Part shown: positions 27,105 through 36,947 of the stretch, in pieces
Position numbering within the stretch: position 1 is the first letter of the stretch
Layout: every line of letters starts with the position of its first letter
Source of the DNA: an uncultured bacterium
GTDB lineage: Bacteria > Zixibacteria > MSB-5A5 > JAABVY01 > JAHJOQ01
DNA length: 64,000 nt
Reading direction: 5' to 3'
Assembly: GCA_965369655.1 (NCBI GenBank)
Contig: CBDUQR010000009.1
Location: forward strand, 1 to 64,000
The notes under the pieces: generated by a model
What the model saw: the letters and a program-made list of their open reading frames with translations, nothing else
The model's database searches: none
Told to the model about the DNA's origin: nothing
Translations under genes and position numbers: made by a program

Positions 27105-29259
27105 TTCGATTTCAGCAATCTCTGTGCGGAGCAGGGGGAGCGCTCAACAGACGGTATCCGCCCTCAGGCAGTTGCTCAAGCAAATATCTGTGTCGCACAA
27201 CACCGACTACCTGACCATACTCGATGCTGATCAGCTTGGCGTCGATGTCTCGGATGTGACTGTTTTCTCGGGTGCAGTCGGCGATGTGCTCGAACCGTCG
27301 TTCATCGCAACCGTCATGCGCGAAACATGCGAGTGCGGCTATTCTCGACCAATTTACTTCTGTCCTGATTTGCGCAAGAGTGAAAATGATGCGATACAGG
27401 CATCCGGTATCTACTCGGTGGCTGTCATACCGCTTCGCGTCGAATCGATGACGGGATCTTGTCTGGTGATGGTATGGATTCGAGAGAAGCGCTCTTTGTC
27501 GAGTGAAGATCTCGAGAATCTGATATTCTATGGTCGCCTCGTTGCAGTTCTGTGCTGGAATATTCTGAGTGTCCGGACAGTCAGCGAGCAGTCGGAGCGG
27601 CTCTCTGCCCTGATCGATCTCTCTACGACGATATACTCGTCGCTGAACTACCAGGCTGTATTGCAGAAGGTGATCGATTTCGCAAGATCGCTTGCGTCCG
27701 CCACGTATGCGACAATCTATATCCTTGACCATGAACAGAAACGACTTCAGCCGTTCTTGTCCAACTGTGCGGGTGACAAGGTCTGCGTCGCCGGGTCCTC
27801 GATTGATCTGGGGACCGGGGCGGAGGGCGAAGCGGCGTCGAGGGGAGAGGGTGTGATTGTTAACGGTGTTTCCTCCGACCATTCGAAAGGCGGTTCACGC
27901 CTCGCTCTGCCGCTCATCTCCTCGGGTGAGACGACAGGCGTGCTGAGTGTACACAGGGAATCCGGTATGCTCTTTACGCTGGAGGATCTCCAGTTTCTGT
28001 CGATATTCGCTCGTCAGGCCGCCGATGTTATCGAAAACGCTCGAATGTTCCGGGACCTTCAGGACGCCTACGAAAAGCTCTTCGCCACACAGAAACAGAT
28101 GGTAGAAACTGAGAGAATGCGCGTCATGGGTGAGATGGCTTGCGGCGTCGCGCATGATTTCAATAATATCCTCGGGTCGATACTTGGTCGTGCCCAATTG
28201 CTTCAGCGCAAGACCAGCGATGAATGTACTATGGCAGGTCTCGCTGAGATCGAAAAGCTTGCCCTGCAGGGCGCTGATACTGTGAGGCGAACGCAGGAAT
28301 TCGCTCGGGTCCGAAGCAAGGTTGCCAGGCGGCAGGTGATGATAAACGACGTCATCAAACAGGCGGTCCAGACAACCAGGCCGTTGTGGAAGGAACAGGC
28401 TCAGTTCAACCTTGCGGAAATCGACGTTACGACGAATCTCGCAGCCGAGCAGCCCATTGCGGGATCATTCGACGAACTGGTCGACGCCATGACAAGTCTC
28501 ATTCAGAATGCTGTCGAGGCGATGCCGAAAGGCGGCAGGATCGAAATCAGCAGCTATGATCGCGGTGATGAGGTCGTTGTCGAAGTCGTTGACGACGGCG
28601 AGGGCATGTTGGATGAAGTCCGTGAAAAAGCATTCTATCCATTTTTCTCAACCAAAGGCGGAGGCAAGGCCGGTCTGGGGTTGAGTGTCGCATACGGTGT
28701 GCTCAGGAGGCATAAGGCATCGGTAGAAATCGAATCGCAGGAAGGCGAGGGGACCCGTGTTCGTATCGTGTTCCAGGCTCGTCCGGAACTGAGAGAAGCC
28801 GAACCTGTTGCCGTTGTGTCCGCGGATCCGGAAGGTCTCAGCGTGCTTCTCGTTGATGACGATAAATCGTTGCTGGAGGTTACATCGGAACTTCTCGAAG
28901 TCCTCGGGCACAATGTCGTTACGGCTGAGGAGGGAATCGAGGCGCTTTCTCGGTTCGATGCCGGAGAGTTCGATATGGTCGTGACGGATCTCGGTCTGCC
29001 CGGAATGTCGGGATGGGACATTGCGAATGCGGTCAAACTCAGAAAACCGGGCATACCCGTCGTTCTGATTTCGGGATGGGGTGCGCAGATAAGCGAATCA
29101 GAAATCAGGAAACAGAACGTCGATCTCGTCGTCCCGAAACCCTTCACGATGAAACAGCTTGGTGACGCGATCCGGAAAGTGTACTCGTCCGGGCAGACGG
29201 ACAAGAGCATAGCACAGCTCAGTATGTGTGATATCGAGGTGGAGGAGTCTGACAGGTGA
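27097..29259 (+). CDS. GAF-containing hybrid histidine kinase (HisKA-HATPase-REC)
   Basis: GVAHDFNNIL, QNAVEAM, DDGEGM, PFFSTK..GLGL, VLLVDDD..DMVVTDLGLPGMSG..KPF. Confidence 0.92.
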   Translation: MSDSISAISVRSRGSAQQTVSALRQLLKQISVSHNTDYLTILDADQLGVDVSDVTVFSGAVGDVLEPSFIATVMRETCECGYSRPIYFCPDLRKSENDAIQASGIYSVAVIPLRVESMTGSCLVMVWIREKRSLSSEDLENLIFYGRLVAVLCWNILSVRTVSEQSERLSALIDLSTTIYSSLNYQAVLQKVIDFARSLASATYATIYILDHEQKRLQPFLSNCAGDKVCVAGSSIDLGTGAEGEAASRGEGVIVNGVSSDHSKGGSRLALPLISSGETTGVLSVHRESGMLFTLEDLQFLSIFARQAADVIENARMFRDLQDAYEKLFATQKQMVETERMRVMGEMACGVAHDFNNILGSILGRAQLLQRKTSDECTMAGLAEIEKLALQGADTVRRTQEFARVRSKVARRQVMINDVIKQAVQTTRPLWKEQAQFNLAEIDVTTNLAAEQPIAGSFDELVDAMTSLIQNAVEAMPKGGRIEISSYDRGDEVVVEVVDDGEGMLDEVREKAFYPFFSTKGGGKAGLGLSVAYGVLRRHKASVEIESQEGEGTRVRIVFQARPELREAEPVAVVSADPEGLSVLLVDDDKSLLEVTSELLEVLGHNVVTAEEGIEALSRFDAGEFDMVVTDLGLPGMSGWDIANAVKLRKPGIPVVLISGWGAQISESEIRKQNVDLVVPKPFTMKQLGDAIRKVYSSGQTDKSIAQLSMCDIEVEESDR

Positions 29260-31529
29260 CGGATAAGACACCTGCAACACGGGCTGGAGAACCGAAGGTC
29301 GGTCCTGCGGAGTTGATCACGGCGATCGAGGCTTCGGTCAAGCGGCTGCGCATGTATCCATCCGATCATCCAGCGTGCGCCAATGCAGCACAGAGGCCGC
29401 TCGACATCATTCAGAAAATGTTCGGTGACTCAGACGGCGTCGTAATAAGCCTTACCGATGGGAACGTCGCAGTGAACGGCATATCCTCGGGACATGCCTC
29501 GGAGAGCAGCATTGTAGGCGAAGCGCTCAATCAACTCGGCATCCGGAGTATCGTATTCGAGAGAGACCTGACAGTCGAAGAGACTGCCCGTTTCCTGCAG
29601 TTCTTTTCATCGAAGATATCAAAGGCAGATCAGTGGGGAGATCTCAGGGAATACCTTGTCGAGCGTGAGGTAAGTCACATCTCGGTAGATACTCTCAGAT
29701 ACGAACTTGTCGGCGAAGATGAGAAGATCGTGCCATCAGATGCTGTGATCGGTACTGGCGCCCCTGGAGCTGAAGGTGCAGGGGACGGCCTCGTCATAGA
29801 ATTCTCAAGGTTTGTGAAGGAACATCCTGAGTTGCTTCTCGAATTCCTTACGGATCATGACGCTGCACGCGCGAGCGTGTCGGAGTCATACGAGCACGCC
29901 ATCGATTATGGCCGACTTGTGGAAGTCGCTGAAAAAGACGTCGCATCGTTGACCGAGGAGCAGGTAATGCAGGTCATATCTCTCGGTCTCAAGCGAAAAT
30001 CTGCGTCACCTCTTGAAACAGATTCGGTCGACATACAACAAGCCTTGTTTGATGTCCGATCGGTTGTCGAGAAGGTGAAAAACCCGGAGCTTCTGCCCAA
30101 AATCAAACGCCTGATATCCGAGCTGCAACTTATCGACGACAAGTATATCGACATGATCCTCGATGGCAAGTGTTCCAGAAAGCGGCTGGCGTTCGAGGAA
30201 CTCGAAGAGACGATGAGTTCGATAGAATCAAATCAGTTCAGCGATCAGGATATCAGGAGCATTCCGAAGCATCTTGGGGCGCTGGATGATAGCGAGTATG
30301 CCGCCGACCTCGTCGACAGGCTCTTCGAATCGACTCTCGATGCTCAGTCGGGTGATTCATCCTCGGGCATGGTGACCGATCTGGTCGAGGCTGCCGTAGG
30401 GGCGAATTCCGGCATTGCATGTCGCGCCTTAGTCGACAGAATCGAGCGGGAACTGAGCGACACCGGTATATCGCTTGCCAGATTCAGATTCCTTTGTGCT
30501 GAAGCTCTCAAGCTGTGCCGCTGGCTGCTTAGCAAGACCATGCTGACCGAGTTGCTCGATATGCTCAGGTCGTTTCACAGGTTTACATCCACGGAAATAG
30601 TCTACGCAGACGGTATCCAGATCGCTGCGGAGGATTTCATCTTCGAGTTCGGTTCCGGTGAAACGACAGGGCAGCTCATCGCTGTTGCGAAGGCCGATTT
30701 CGAGGAAAACGGTCGAGTAGTCTACGAGATGCTGGCCATGCTTCCGACACAGCCATCCGCCCTTGCGTTGTGCGAAGACATAAGCTGTTCAAATCGCTCT
30801 GTAAGACTGATGATTCTGCGCCTGTTGTCAGACTATGGCGCCGCCGCGATCAGGGCGCTGGATGTTATGTCTGCCGGGATGGAGCTACCGGCGCGGTCTC
30901 CGGCCCAGCCGCTCCTCGCAGATGAACTCTGGTATCGCGTCAGGAACATCCTCTTTGTCACAGGGAACATCGGTTCGCTCGAAGCCGTTGGACTGATTGA
31001 GAGATATGTGAACGATCCTGATCCGCGTATTGCGGGGGAGGTGATAACGGCTCTCGAGAAGACTGGCGGCGACAAATGTTGCAGGCTTCTTGCCGGCTAC
31101 CTGCATTTCAATGATACTGAGGTAAGACGCAAGGCGGCGCTCGTTCTCGGCAATGTCGGAGACGAGAAGAGCCTGCCGTATCTTTCCGAAATGTATGAAT
31201 CTGAACCGGAGATGAGAACTCAACTTGCCCCTCTGATCGCGAACACAGGTGGGAACGCAGCTATTGACTTTCTCTTCAGGGCTTATCACAGAGACGACAG
31301 CTTCCTGAAGTCCATCCTGAGCAAGAGCCTTGAAGTTGAGAGAGTCGCAATCGCAACCGCTCTTTCCCGCATCGAGAGCGAAAAGAGCCTCGAAAAGCTC
31401 AAGGAGCTTCAGAAAGCATCCCGGTCGGGCGTGCGCGGCTTCTTCCGCTCAAACACGCTCGAAAACACCATCTACAATGCGATCGTCAGACTCGAACGCG
31501 AATTATACGCTGGACAGATTCAGGGGTAG
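29256..31529 (+). CDS. HEAT-repeat protein
   Basis: N-terminal RMYPSDHP; WYRVRNI..DPDPRI..EVRRKAALVLG HEAT repeats. Confidence 0.8.
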   Translation: MTDKTPATRAGEPKVGPAELITAIEASVKRLRMYPSDHPACANAAQRPLDIIQKMFGDSDGVVISLTDGNVAVNGISSGHASESSIVGEALNQLGIRSIVFERDLTVEETARFLQFFSSKISKADQWGDLREYLVEREVSHISVDTLRYELVGEDEKIVPSDAVIGTGAPGAEGAGDGLVIEFSRFVKEHPELLLEFLTDHDAARASVSESYEHAIDYGRLVEVAEKDVASLTEEQVMQVISLGLKRKSASPLETDSVDIQQALFDVRSVVEKVKNPELLPKIKRLISELQLIDDKYIDMILDGKCSRKRLAFEELEETMSSIESNQFSDQDIRSIPKHLGALDDSEYAADLVDRLFESTLDAQSGDSSSGMVTDLVEAAVGANSGIACRALVDRIERELSDTGISLARFRFLCAEALKLCRWLLSKTMLTELLDMLRSFHRFTSTEIVYADGIQIAAEDFIFEFGSGETTGQLIAVAKADFEENGRVVYEMLAMLPTQPSALALCEDISCSNRSVRLMILRLLSDYGAAAIRALDVMSAGMELPARSPAQPLLADELWYRVRNILFVTGNIGSLEAVGLIERYVNDPDPRIAGEVITALEKTGGDKCCRLLAGYLHFNDTEVRRKAALVLGNVGDEKSLPYLSEMYESEPEMRTQLAPLIANTGGNAAIDFLFRAYHRDDSFLKSILSKSLEVERVAIATALSRIESEKSLEKLKELQKASRSGVRGFFRSNTLENTIYNAIVRLERELYAGQIQG

Positions 31530-31545
31530 TTGCGTTATTAATATT

Positions 31546-34338
31546 ATGAGGCGTTACTTCGTTCGCTTGAACATATTCGCTCTGCTTGCCTTCCTCGCAC
31601 TGAGTTCGAGCGCTGCCGGGCAATTCTATTTTGGCAAGAACAAGGTCCAGTATTCTCATCTCGACTGGTATGTCCTGCGGACTGAGCACTTCAATATCTA
31701 TTACTACAAAGACGAGAACAATCTGGCGGAGATGGCGGCTCACAGCATCGAGGAGAGCTACAGACTTCTCGAGACCAGGTTCGACATGCCGCTTACGCGA
31801 CGAGTCCCGTTGATTATCTACAGCTCTCCGAACTACTTCGATCAGACCAACGTGATACCGCAGTTGCTGCCGGAAAATGTGGCAGGATTTACGGAGTTCT
31901 TCAAAGGCCGGATGGTAGTTCCTTTCGATGGATCGTACCACGAGTTCGACAGAGTGTTAAGACATGAGTTGGTGCATGTGTTCATGTACGCAAAGATGTC
32001 CCGGATCGCCAGGGATCACAAGAAGATCAAGCAGTATTCGCCACCGCTTTGGTTCACCGAGGGTATCGCAGAGTACTGGTCAGGCGAATGGAATTCCAGT
32101 GGAGATATGGTCGTCTCGGATGCCGTTCTTTCCGGCAGAATGTTCGACGAGATCAGCATCCACAGCATATCAGGCAGTTACCTGATGTACAAGCTGGGGG
32201 AGTCGATGCTTCATTACATGTCCGAGGAGTATGGCGAGGACAAAATACTGATCCTCTTCGAAAACTGGTGGAAATTCGGCTCGTTCAGGGATGTTGTCCA
32301 TTACACATTCGGCGTGCCCCTCAAGGAGATATTTGCGGGCTGGCAGTATAATCTCAGGAAGAAATACTTCCCGACGATTGTCGACACTGAGATGCCGGAT
32401 CGTACCGCAGACGTTCTGACGCAAGAGGGATTCTCGGTTAAGCCGCATCTCGTAAGGCTGAATCTCGACGACGAGTCGGACGAGGACTATCTGATCTATA
32501 AGGCGAACAAGCTCGGGTATTCCGGCATCTATCTGCAGGAAATGAATGGGAGCAATAAGACTCGCGCGCTGATAAAAGGTGAGCGGTCGCCCAAGTTTGA
32601 ATCGCTGCATCTGCTGGAGTCGGATATTTCTGTGAATGGTCGTTCACAGCTTGCGTTTGCTTCTCGGCACTACGAGCGCGATGTACTCTATATCTACGAT
32701 CTAAGAGAAAGAAGAATCGAGAGAAAACTCGATTTCGAGAAGATTGTGGTGCTGCAATCGCCGGCCTGGTCGCCTGACGGCAGTCGAATTGTTTTCACAG
32801 GCGCCAGGAAAGATGGACAGTACGACCTGTATGTATTCAATCTTGCCGAAGACTCGCTGACCCAACTTACTGACGACATATACTGGGATTCCGACGCTGA
32901 ATTCGCTCCCGACGGTCGATCGCTGGTATTTGCATCCGACAGGACAACAGATGGAGACGAAGGCCCCCACAATCTTTTCACGCTCGACCTGAACAGCGGC
33001 GAACTGAACCAGTTGACATGGGGACCGCATCGCGACGGTACGCCATCCTATTCCAGTGATGGGCGATGGATTCTGTTTCGCTCGACACGGCACGGCGTCC
33101 CGAATATGTACGTCCTCGACAGCCTGGGAAATCTCTACAGGGTCGGCAGCTTCTCCGCAGGCATTTTAGATCCGTCATTTGGTCCCGACGACGACAGACT
33201 GATCTTCTCTGCGTACGAGAAGGGCGGGATCAGGGCTTACTCTATCGCGTTCGACGATTCCCTGCTCGTACCGATGGAAAATGAGCCGACCGAACATGTC
33301 GCCTGGGTGCCGCGAATGATCTCTGGCAGAAAGACCGAAGCCAACTACAGCTACAGTAACGAATTCTCGTTTGACGTCGCGCAGTCAGCCGTCGCATACG
33401 ATGCCTTCTATGGTTCCGTCGGTGGGTTCCAGGTGGCATACTCCGATATCCTCGGAAACCATCAGTATTATTTCCTGCTCTACAACAACTCTACCGTCAG
33501 GAGTGACTTTCTGTCGTCGTTCAATGTCGGCCTGACCTACATCAATCGCGAAGGCCGAATAAATGTCGGTGGTGGCGTGTTCCATCTTTTCGACGAGTAC
33601 TACAACAGACAGGATGGGTATTTCGACGAACGACAGTTCGGTGGGTTGTTCCTTGTCAGCTACCCGTTTTCGAGATTCCGGCGAGTAGAACTGACGTCTG
33701 TGTTCAGGAAGTCGGAGCGTAACTTCTTCCTGTTCGATTCCACTCGTCACGCTATTCTCTCGACGAATTTCATATCCTATGTCAAGGATAACAGCCTCTG
33801 GGACATAACAGGTCCGCTCGACGGCACCAGGTACAATGTGACGCTCGGCCTCACTTACGATATCAGGACGGGGCGGAGCTTCGCCCAAATAGCATCTGTC
33901 GATTTTCGCAAATACATACGTCTCGGCCGCTCGTCCGCATTCGCAAGCCGCATTTTCGGATTCGCCTCGACCGGCGAGGAACCGCAACGGCTTTATCTCG
34001 GAGGAAGCTGGTCGATGCGAGGCTACGACCGACGCGAGTTCTACGGTCGCAAGGTCGCCCTCTGGTCGAACGAACTTCGTTTCCCGCTGATAGACAATCT
34101 CTACATAGGTTTCCCGCTTGCGAAGATCGGATTCTCCGGCATCAGGGGAGCGATTTTCTGGGATACGGGGAATGCCTGGGACGATGAATTCGATCGCTTT
34201 TTCGGCTCGGTCGGTTTCGGAGCGAGAGTCGCGCTTGGCTACATGGCTGTGCTCCGTTTCGATCTCGCCAGGCCGACAGACTACCGCAAGTTTGCTGAGA
34301 ACTGGGACTTCGATTTCTTCTTCGGATGGAATTTCTGA
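31546..34338 (+). CDS. Omp85/BamA-TamA family barrel fused to peptidase-MA-like and PD40 propeller domains
   Basis: FGKNKVQY, HELVH..WFTEGIAEY, PAWSPDG repeats, SMRGY, ELRFPL, terminal FFFGWNF. Confidence 0.88.
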   Translation: MRRYFVRLNIFALLAFLALSSSAAGQFYFGKNKVQYSHLDWYVLRTEHFNIYYYKDENNLAEMAAHSIEESYRLLETRFDMPLTRRVPLIIYSSPNYFDQTNVIPQLLPENVAGFTEFFKGRMVVPFDGSYHEFDRVLRHELVHVFMYAKMSRIARDHKKIKQYSPPLWFTEGIAEYWSGEWNSSGDMVVSDAVLSGRMFDEISIHSISGSYLMYKLGESMLHYMSEEYGEDKILILFENWWKFGSFRDVVHYTFGVPLKEIFAGWQYNLRKKYFPTIVDTEMPDRTADVLTQEGFSVKPHLVRLNLDDESDEDYLIYKANKLGYSGIYLQEMNGSNKTRALIKGERSPKFESLHLLESDISVNGRSQLAFASRHYERDVLYIYDLRERRIERKLDFEKIVVLQSPAWSPDGSRIVFTGARKDGQYDLYVFNLAEDSLTQLTDDIYWDSDAEFAPDGRSLVFASDRTTDGDEGPHNLFTLDLNSGELNQLTWGPHRDGTPSYSSDGRWILFRSTRHGVPNMYVLDSLGNLYRVGSFSAGILDPSFGPDDDRLIFSAYEKGGIRAYSIAFDDSLLVPMENEPTEHVAWVPRMISGRKTEANYSYSNEFSFDVAQSAVAYDAFYGSVGGFQVAYSDILGNHQYYFLLYNNSTVRSDFLSSFNVGLTYINREGRINVGGGVFHLFDEYYNRQDGYFDERQFGGLFLVSYPFSRFRRVELTSVFRKSERNFFLFDSTRHAILSTNFISYVKDNSLWDITGPLDGTRYNVTLGLTYDIRTGRSFAQIASVDFRKYIRLGRSSAFASRIFGFASTGEEPQRLYLGGSWSMRGYDRREFYGRKVALWSNELRFPLIDNLYIGFPLAKIGFSGIRGAIFWDTGNAWDDEFDRFFGSVGFGARVALGYMAVLRFDLARPTDYRKFAENWDFDFFFGWNF

Positions 34339-35525
34339 TGCGACCGACTCACAGATACATTTCGCTGGCGCTTGTTGTGATTGGTCTCTTACCTGTCATA
34401 GCAGGTTGTTCCGGCAGACTTGTTCGCGTGAAAGACTTCAAGTACAGCCCTCACGGATGGGATATGTTCCGGAATTCGACCGACGGCTGCGCTGTGAACG
34501 CATCTCTTCGTGATGTAAACACGCTCCTGTGGAGCAGGAAACTGAAAGCTCGCGTCTACGCGACGCCTGTCGTCAACAATGGCCTCGGCGTGATTCCGGG
34601 CCTCGATAAGAAAATCTACCTGTTCAATCCCGATAATGGCAAAGGCATCGGAAGGATCAAGACAAAATCGTCGTCATCGTCATCGCCCGCGATCTGTGAG
34701 AATCTGCTGTACATCGCATCGGAGAAAGACGACGGAAGGCTCAGGTGCATCAATCTGACCAACGGCCTGCTGGTTTGGGAGCGAAAGCTCGGCGATCTCT
34801 CCGCGCCGCTGATTCTCCATGACATGTCGCTGCTGGTCGGAAACTACGAAGGCGAGTTCTACTCGATCAACAGGTTTACCGGCGAAACGGAATGGAGTTA
34901 CTCGACTGACGGTCCCATCAAAGGCGGAGCCGCTGCTCTCGATGGCAAAGTGTTGATCGGGTCAGCCGATGGAAAGCTCTACTGCTTTGACTCCGCGACC
35001 GGTGATCTCTACTGGAGCTTCGAGACCGAGGGCGCAATTTTCTCCTCGCCTGCAATGGATGCCACCGCATGCTACGTGACATCGTTTGGCGGAGTCATGC
35101 ATGCGGTTGACCTCGCATCGGGACAGGAGCTTTGGAGCTATGAGACATCGGCCAATGTCTTCGGCTCTCCCGTTATCGATCAATCAGCAGTCTACTTCGG
35201 CGCCAACGATGGCGGATTCTACGCCCTCTCCAAGCTTGACGGCTCACTGATCTGGACTTATCAGACCGAGACCATAATCAGTTCCACGCCGCTTGTCGGG
35301 CGGGATGCGGTCCTGTTCGGAGCCGGTGATGGTATGGTCTATGTGCTGGATAAAGTCGACGGCAGCAAGCTGTTCGAGTACCAGACCGGCTCGCGCATCA
35401 AGTCTTCGCCTGCCCTTTATGACGGCAAAGTGTATGTCGTCACCACTGAGAAAAAACTCTTTTGCTTTGGAAGTCAACCGAAGGTTGCCGATAACAGAGC
35501 CACTTCTGCCAATTCTGCTGAATAA
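34338..35525 (+). CDS. PQQ-like beta-propeller lipoprotein (BamB-like)
   Basis: Lipobox IAGC; repeated SSP..V..G..DG.LY..D..TG...W motifs. Confidence 0.85.
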   Translation: MRPTHRYISLALVVIGLLPVIAGCSGRLVRVKDFKYSPHGWDMFRNSTDGCAVNASLRDVNTLLWSRKLKARVYATPVVNNGLGVIPGLDKKIYLFNPDNGKGIGRIKTKSSSSSSPAICENLLYIASEKDDGRLRCINLTNGLLVWERKLGDLSAPLILHDMSLLVGNYEGEFYSINRFTGETEWSYSTDGPIKGGAAALDGKVLIGSADGKLYCFDSATGDLYWSFETEGAIFSSPAMDATACYVTSFGGVMHAVDLASGQELWSYETSANVFGSPVIDQSAVYFGANDGGFYALSKLDGSLIWTYQTETIISSTPLVGRDAVLFGAGDGMVYVLDKVDGSKLFEYQTGSRIKSSPALYDGKVYVVTTEKKLFCFGSQPKVADNRATSANSAE

Positions 35526-35661
35526 GCGCCATTCTGACACCTGTTAATGCTATTATAGCGGTATTGCAGCCATAATGGCGCATGTGTCAAGTGATCCATC
35601 GGGACATCAAAAAAGACTTATGTCAGTGTGTTGCAGTGCGTTATGTGTATTATGCGGCTTT

Positions 35662-35677
35662 TGGCACGACTTATGCA
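35662..35677 (+). promoter_or_regulatory. Putative sigma54 promoter upstream of hsp20
   Basis: TGGCACGACTTATGCA, GG-N10-GC. Confidence 0.7.
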
Positions 35678-35742
35678 ATATACCTCCGCGAAATGACGAT
35701 AGAACTCGAAATAAAACGCTTTGATTACAGGAGGTAAGTAAG

Positions 35743-36192
35743 ATGACTTTAACAATCAGCAGACCCAGACGGAGCTTCATCCCGGTACTCGACGAGATGG
35801 ACAAGATGATCGATCGGATGTTCAGGGACAGCTACGACAGCAGGGACGAGAGTTCCAGCTGGATGCCGCCGGTTGACATTGTCGAGAACAAGGACGAGAT
35901 CATGGTCAGGGCCGATGTGCCCGGACTGGAAAAAGACAATTTCAAGGTCTCGGTCGAGGACAGTGTCCTGACGATTTCCGGCGAGAAGAAAGTCGAGTAC
36001 GACGAGAAAGACAAGGAGAACAGTTTCCATCGCAGCGAGCGAGTTTATGGATCTTTCTCTCGGTCGTTCACTTTGCCGAACAATGTAGACACCGGGAGCG
36101 TCAAGGCAAAGTATCGTAACGGCGTGCTCCAGGTGGCGATATCCAAGCTCGAAGAGAGCAAGCCGAAACAGATCGATATCGATGTCAGCTAA
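35743..36192 (+). CDS. Small heat-shock protein (Hsp20/alpha-crystallin)
   Basis: WMPPVDIVE..ADVPG..ERVYGSFSRSFTLP..AKYRNGVL. Confidence 0.95.
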   Translation: MTLTISRPRRSFIPVLDEMDKMIDRMFRDSYDSRDESSSWMPPVDIVENKDEIMVRADVPGLEKDNFKVSVEDSVLTISGEKKVEYDEKDKENSFHRSERVYGSFSRSFTLPNNVDTGSVKAKYRNGVLQVAISKLEESKPKQIDIDVS

Positions 36193-36314
36193 GACAGGCT
36201 GACTCAGGTATGCCCCGAGCGGAAGATCACGAAGCGGCCCGCCCACGAAATCGGGGCGGGCATGCTGTATGTTATTGAAAAAGCGAGCAGTGTTTGCTCG
36301 ATAGGAAGGTGAAT

Positions 36315-36911
36315 ATGATTAATGATGATAATGATCCTACCAACAACAGCGTGCAATATCAAGGATTTCTTGTGACTACTGTAGCTGGTGTTGACATTAG
36401 CACGAAGTACAAAGAGTACGATGGGCGATTTGTGTCCAATGCACAAGGTTTTGACCCAAGTCCACCACATGATGTACAAGAAAGTAGTTCTCATGTTGAA
36501 CCCAGCGACGTATGGAATAGCAGCGTAATAGTGTATCACTACGATACAAGTTCATTTGAACTTCTTGGTGAAAGGGAGTTTGTTACTGCGTTTCAGCAAA
36601 ATCCTTCAATGTTCAATCACGCTGTGGTATCAGGAGTGTATGTAGAAACAACACGTCCACTAATTGACGATGATTCTGAAAAGGGAAGTCAAGTAGGTTT
36701 CGGTTTACTGGATAAGCTTCGCCGTATAGGTGCTTGGATAGCACCAGTAGTTCTGATTCTCGTTGGAGTTGATTTGATTCCCGATCCAAAACACCCTATG
36801 ACATTTCTCGATTATCCTGAGTTTCAAGCAGTACACGAAAGATATGAACTTGATCCACATGTAGAAATATCGTCGGCCAATGGTACATCTGGTCTATCAA
36901 GGGAGACCTGA
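36315..36911 (+). CDS. Hypothetical protein, AT-richer than its neighbours
   Basis: Open 198-aa frame with a GGAAGGTG RBS; no recognisable motif. Confidence 0.5.
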   Translation: MINDDNDPTNNSVQYQGFLVTTVAGVDISTKYKEYDGRFVSNAQGFDPSPPHDVQESSSHVEPSDVWNSSVIVYHYDTSSFELLGEREFVTAFQQNPSMFNHAVVSGVYVETTRPLIDDDSEKGSQVGFGLLDKLRRIGAWIAPVVLILVGVDLIPDPKHPMTFLDYPEFQAVHERYELDPHVEISSANGTSGLSRET

Positions 36912-36947
36912 GAATATTAACCGAAGCTAAAGGATTGGAGGGCAGGC

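Noticed and set aside
28815-28840. SADPEG in the hybrid kinase linker as another 27-bp module copy
   Set aside because: The DNA (TCCGCGGATCCGGAAGGT) does not match the module; the peptide similarity is coincidental
35530-36947. CIRCE element upstream of hsp20 or dnaK
   Set aside because: No TTAGCACTC-N9-GAGTGCTAA found by eye
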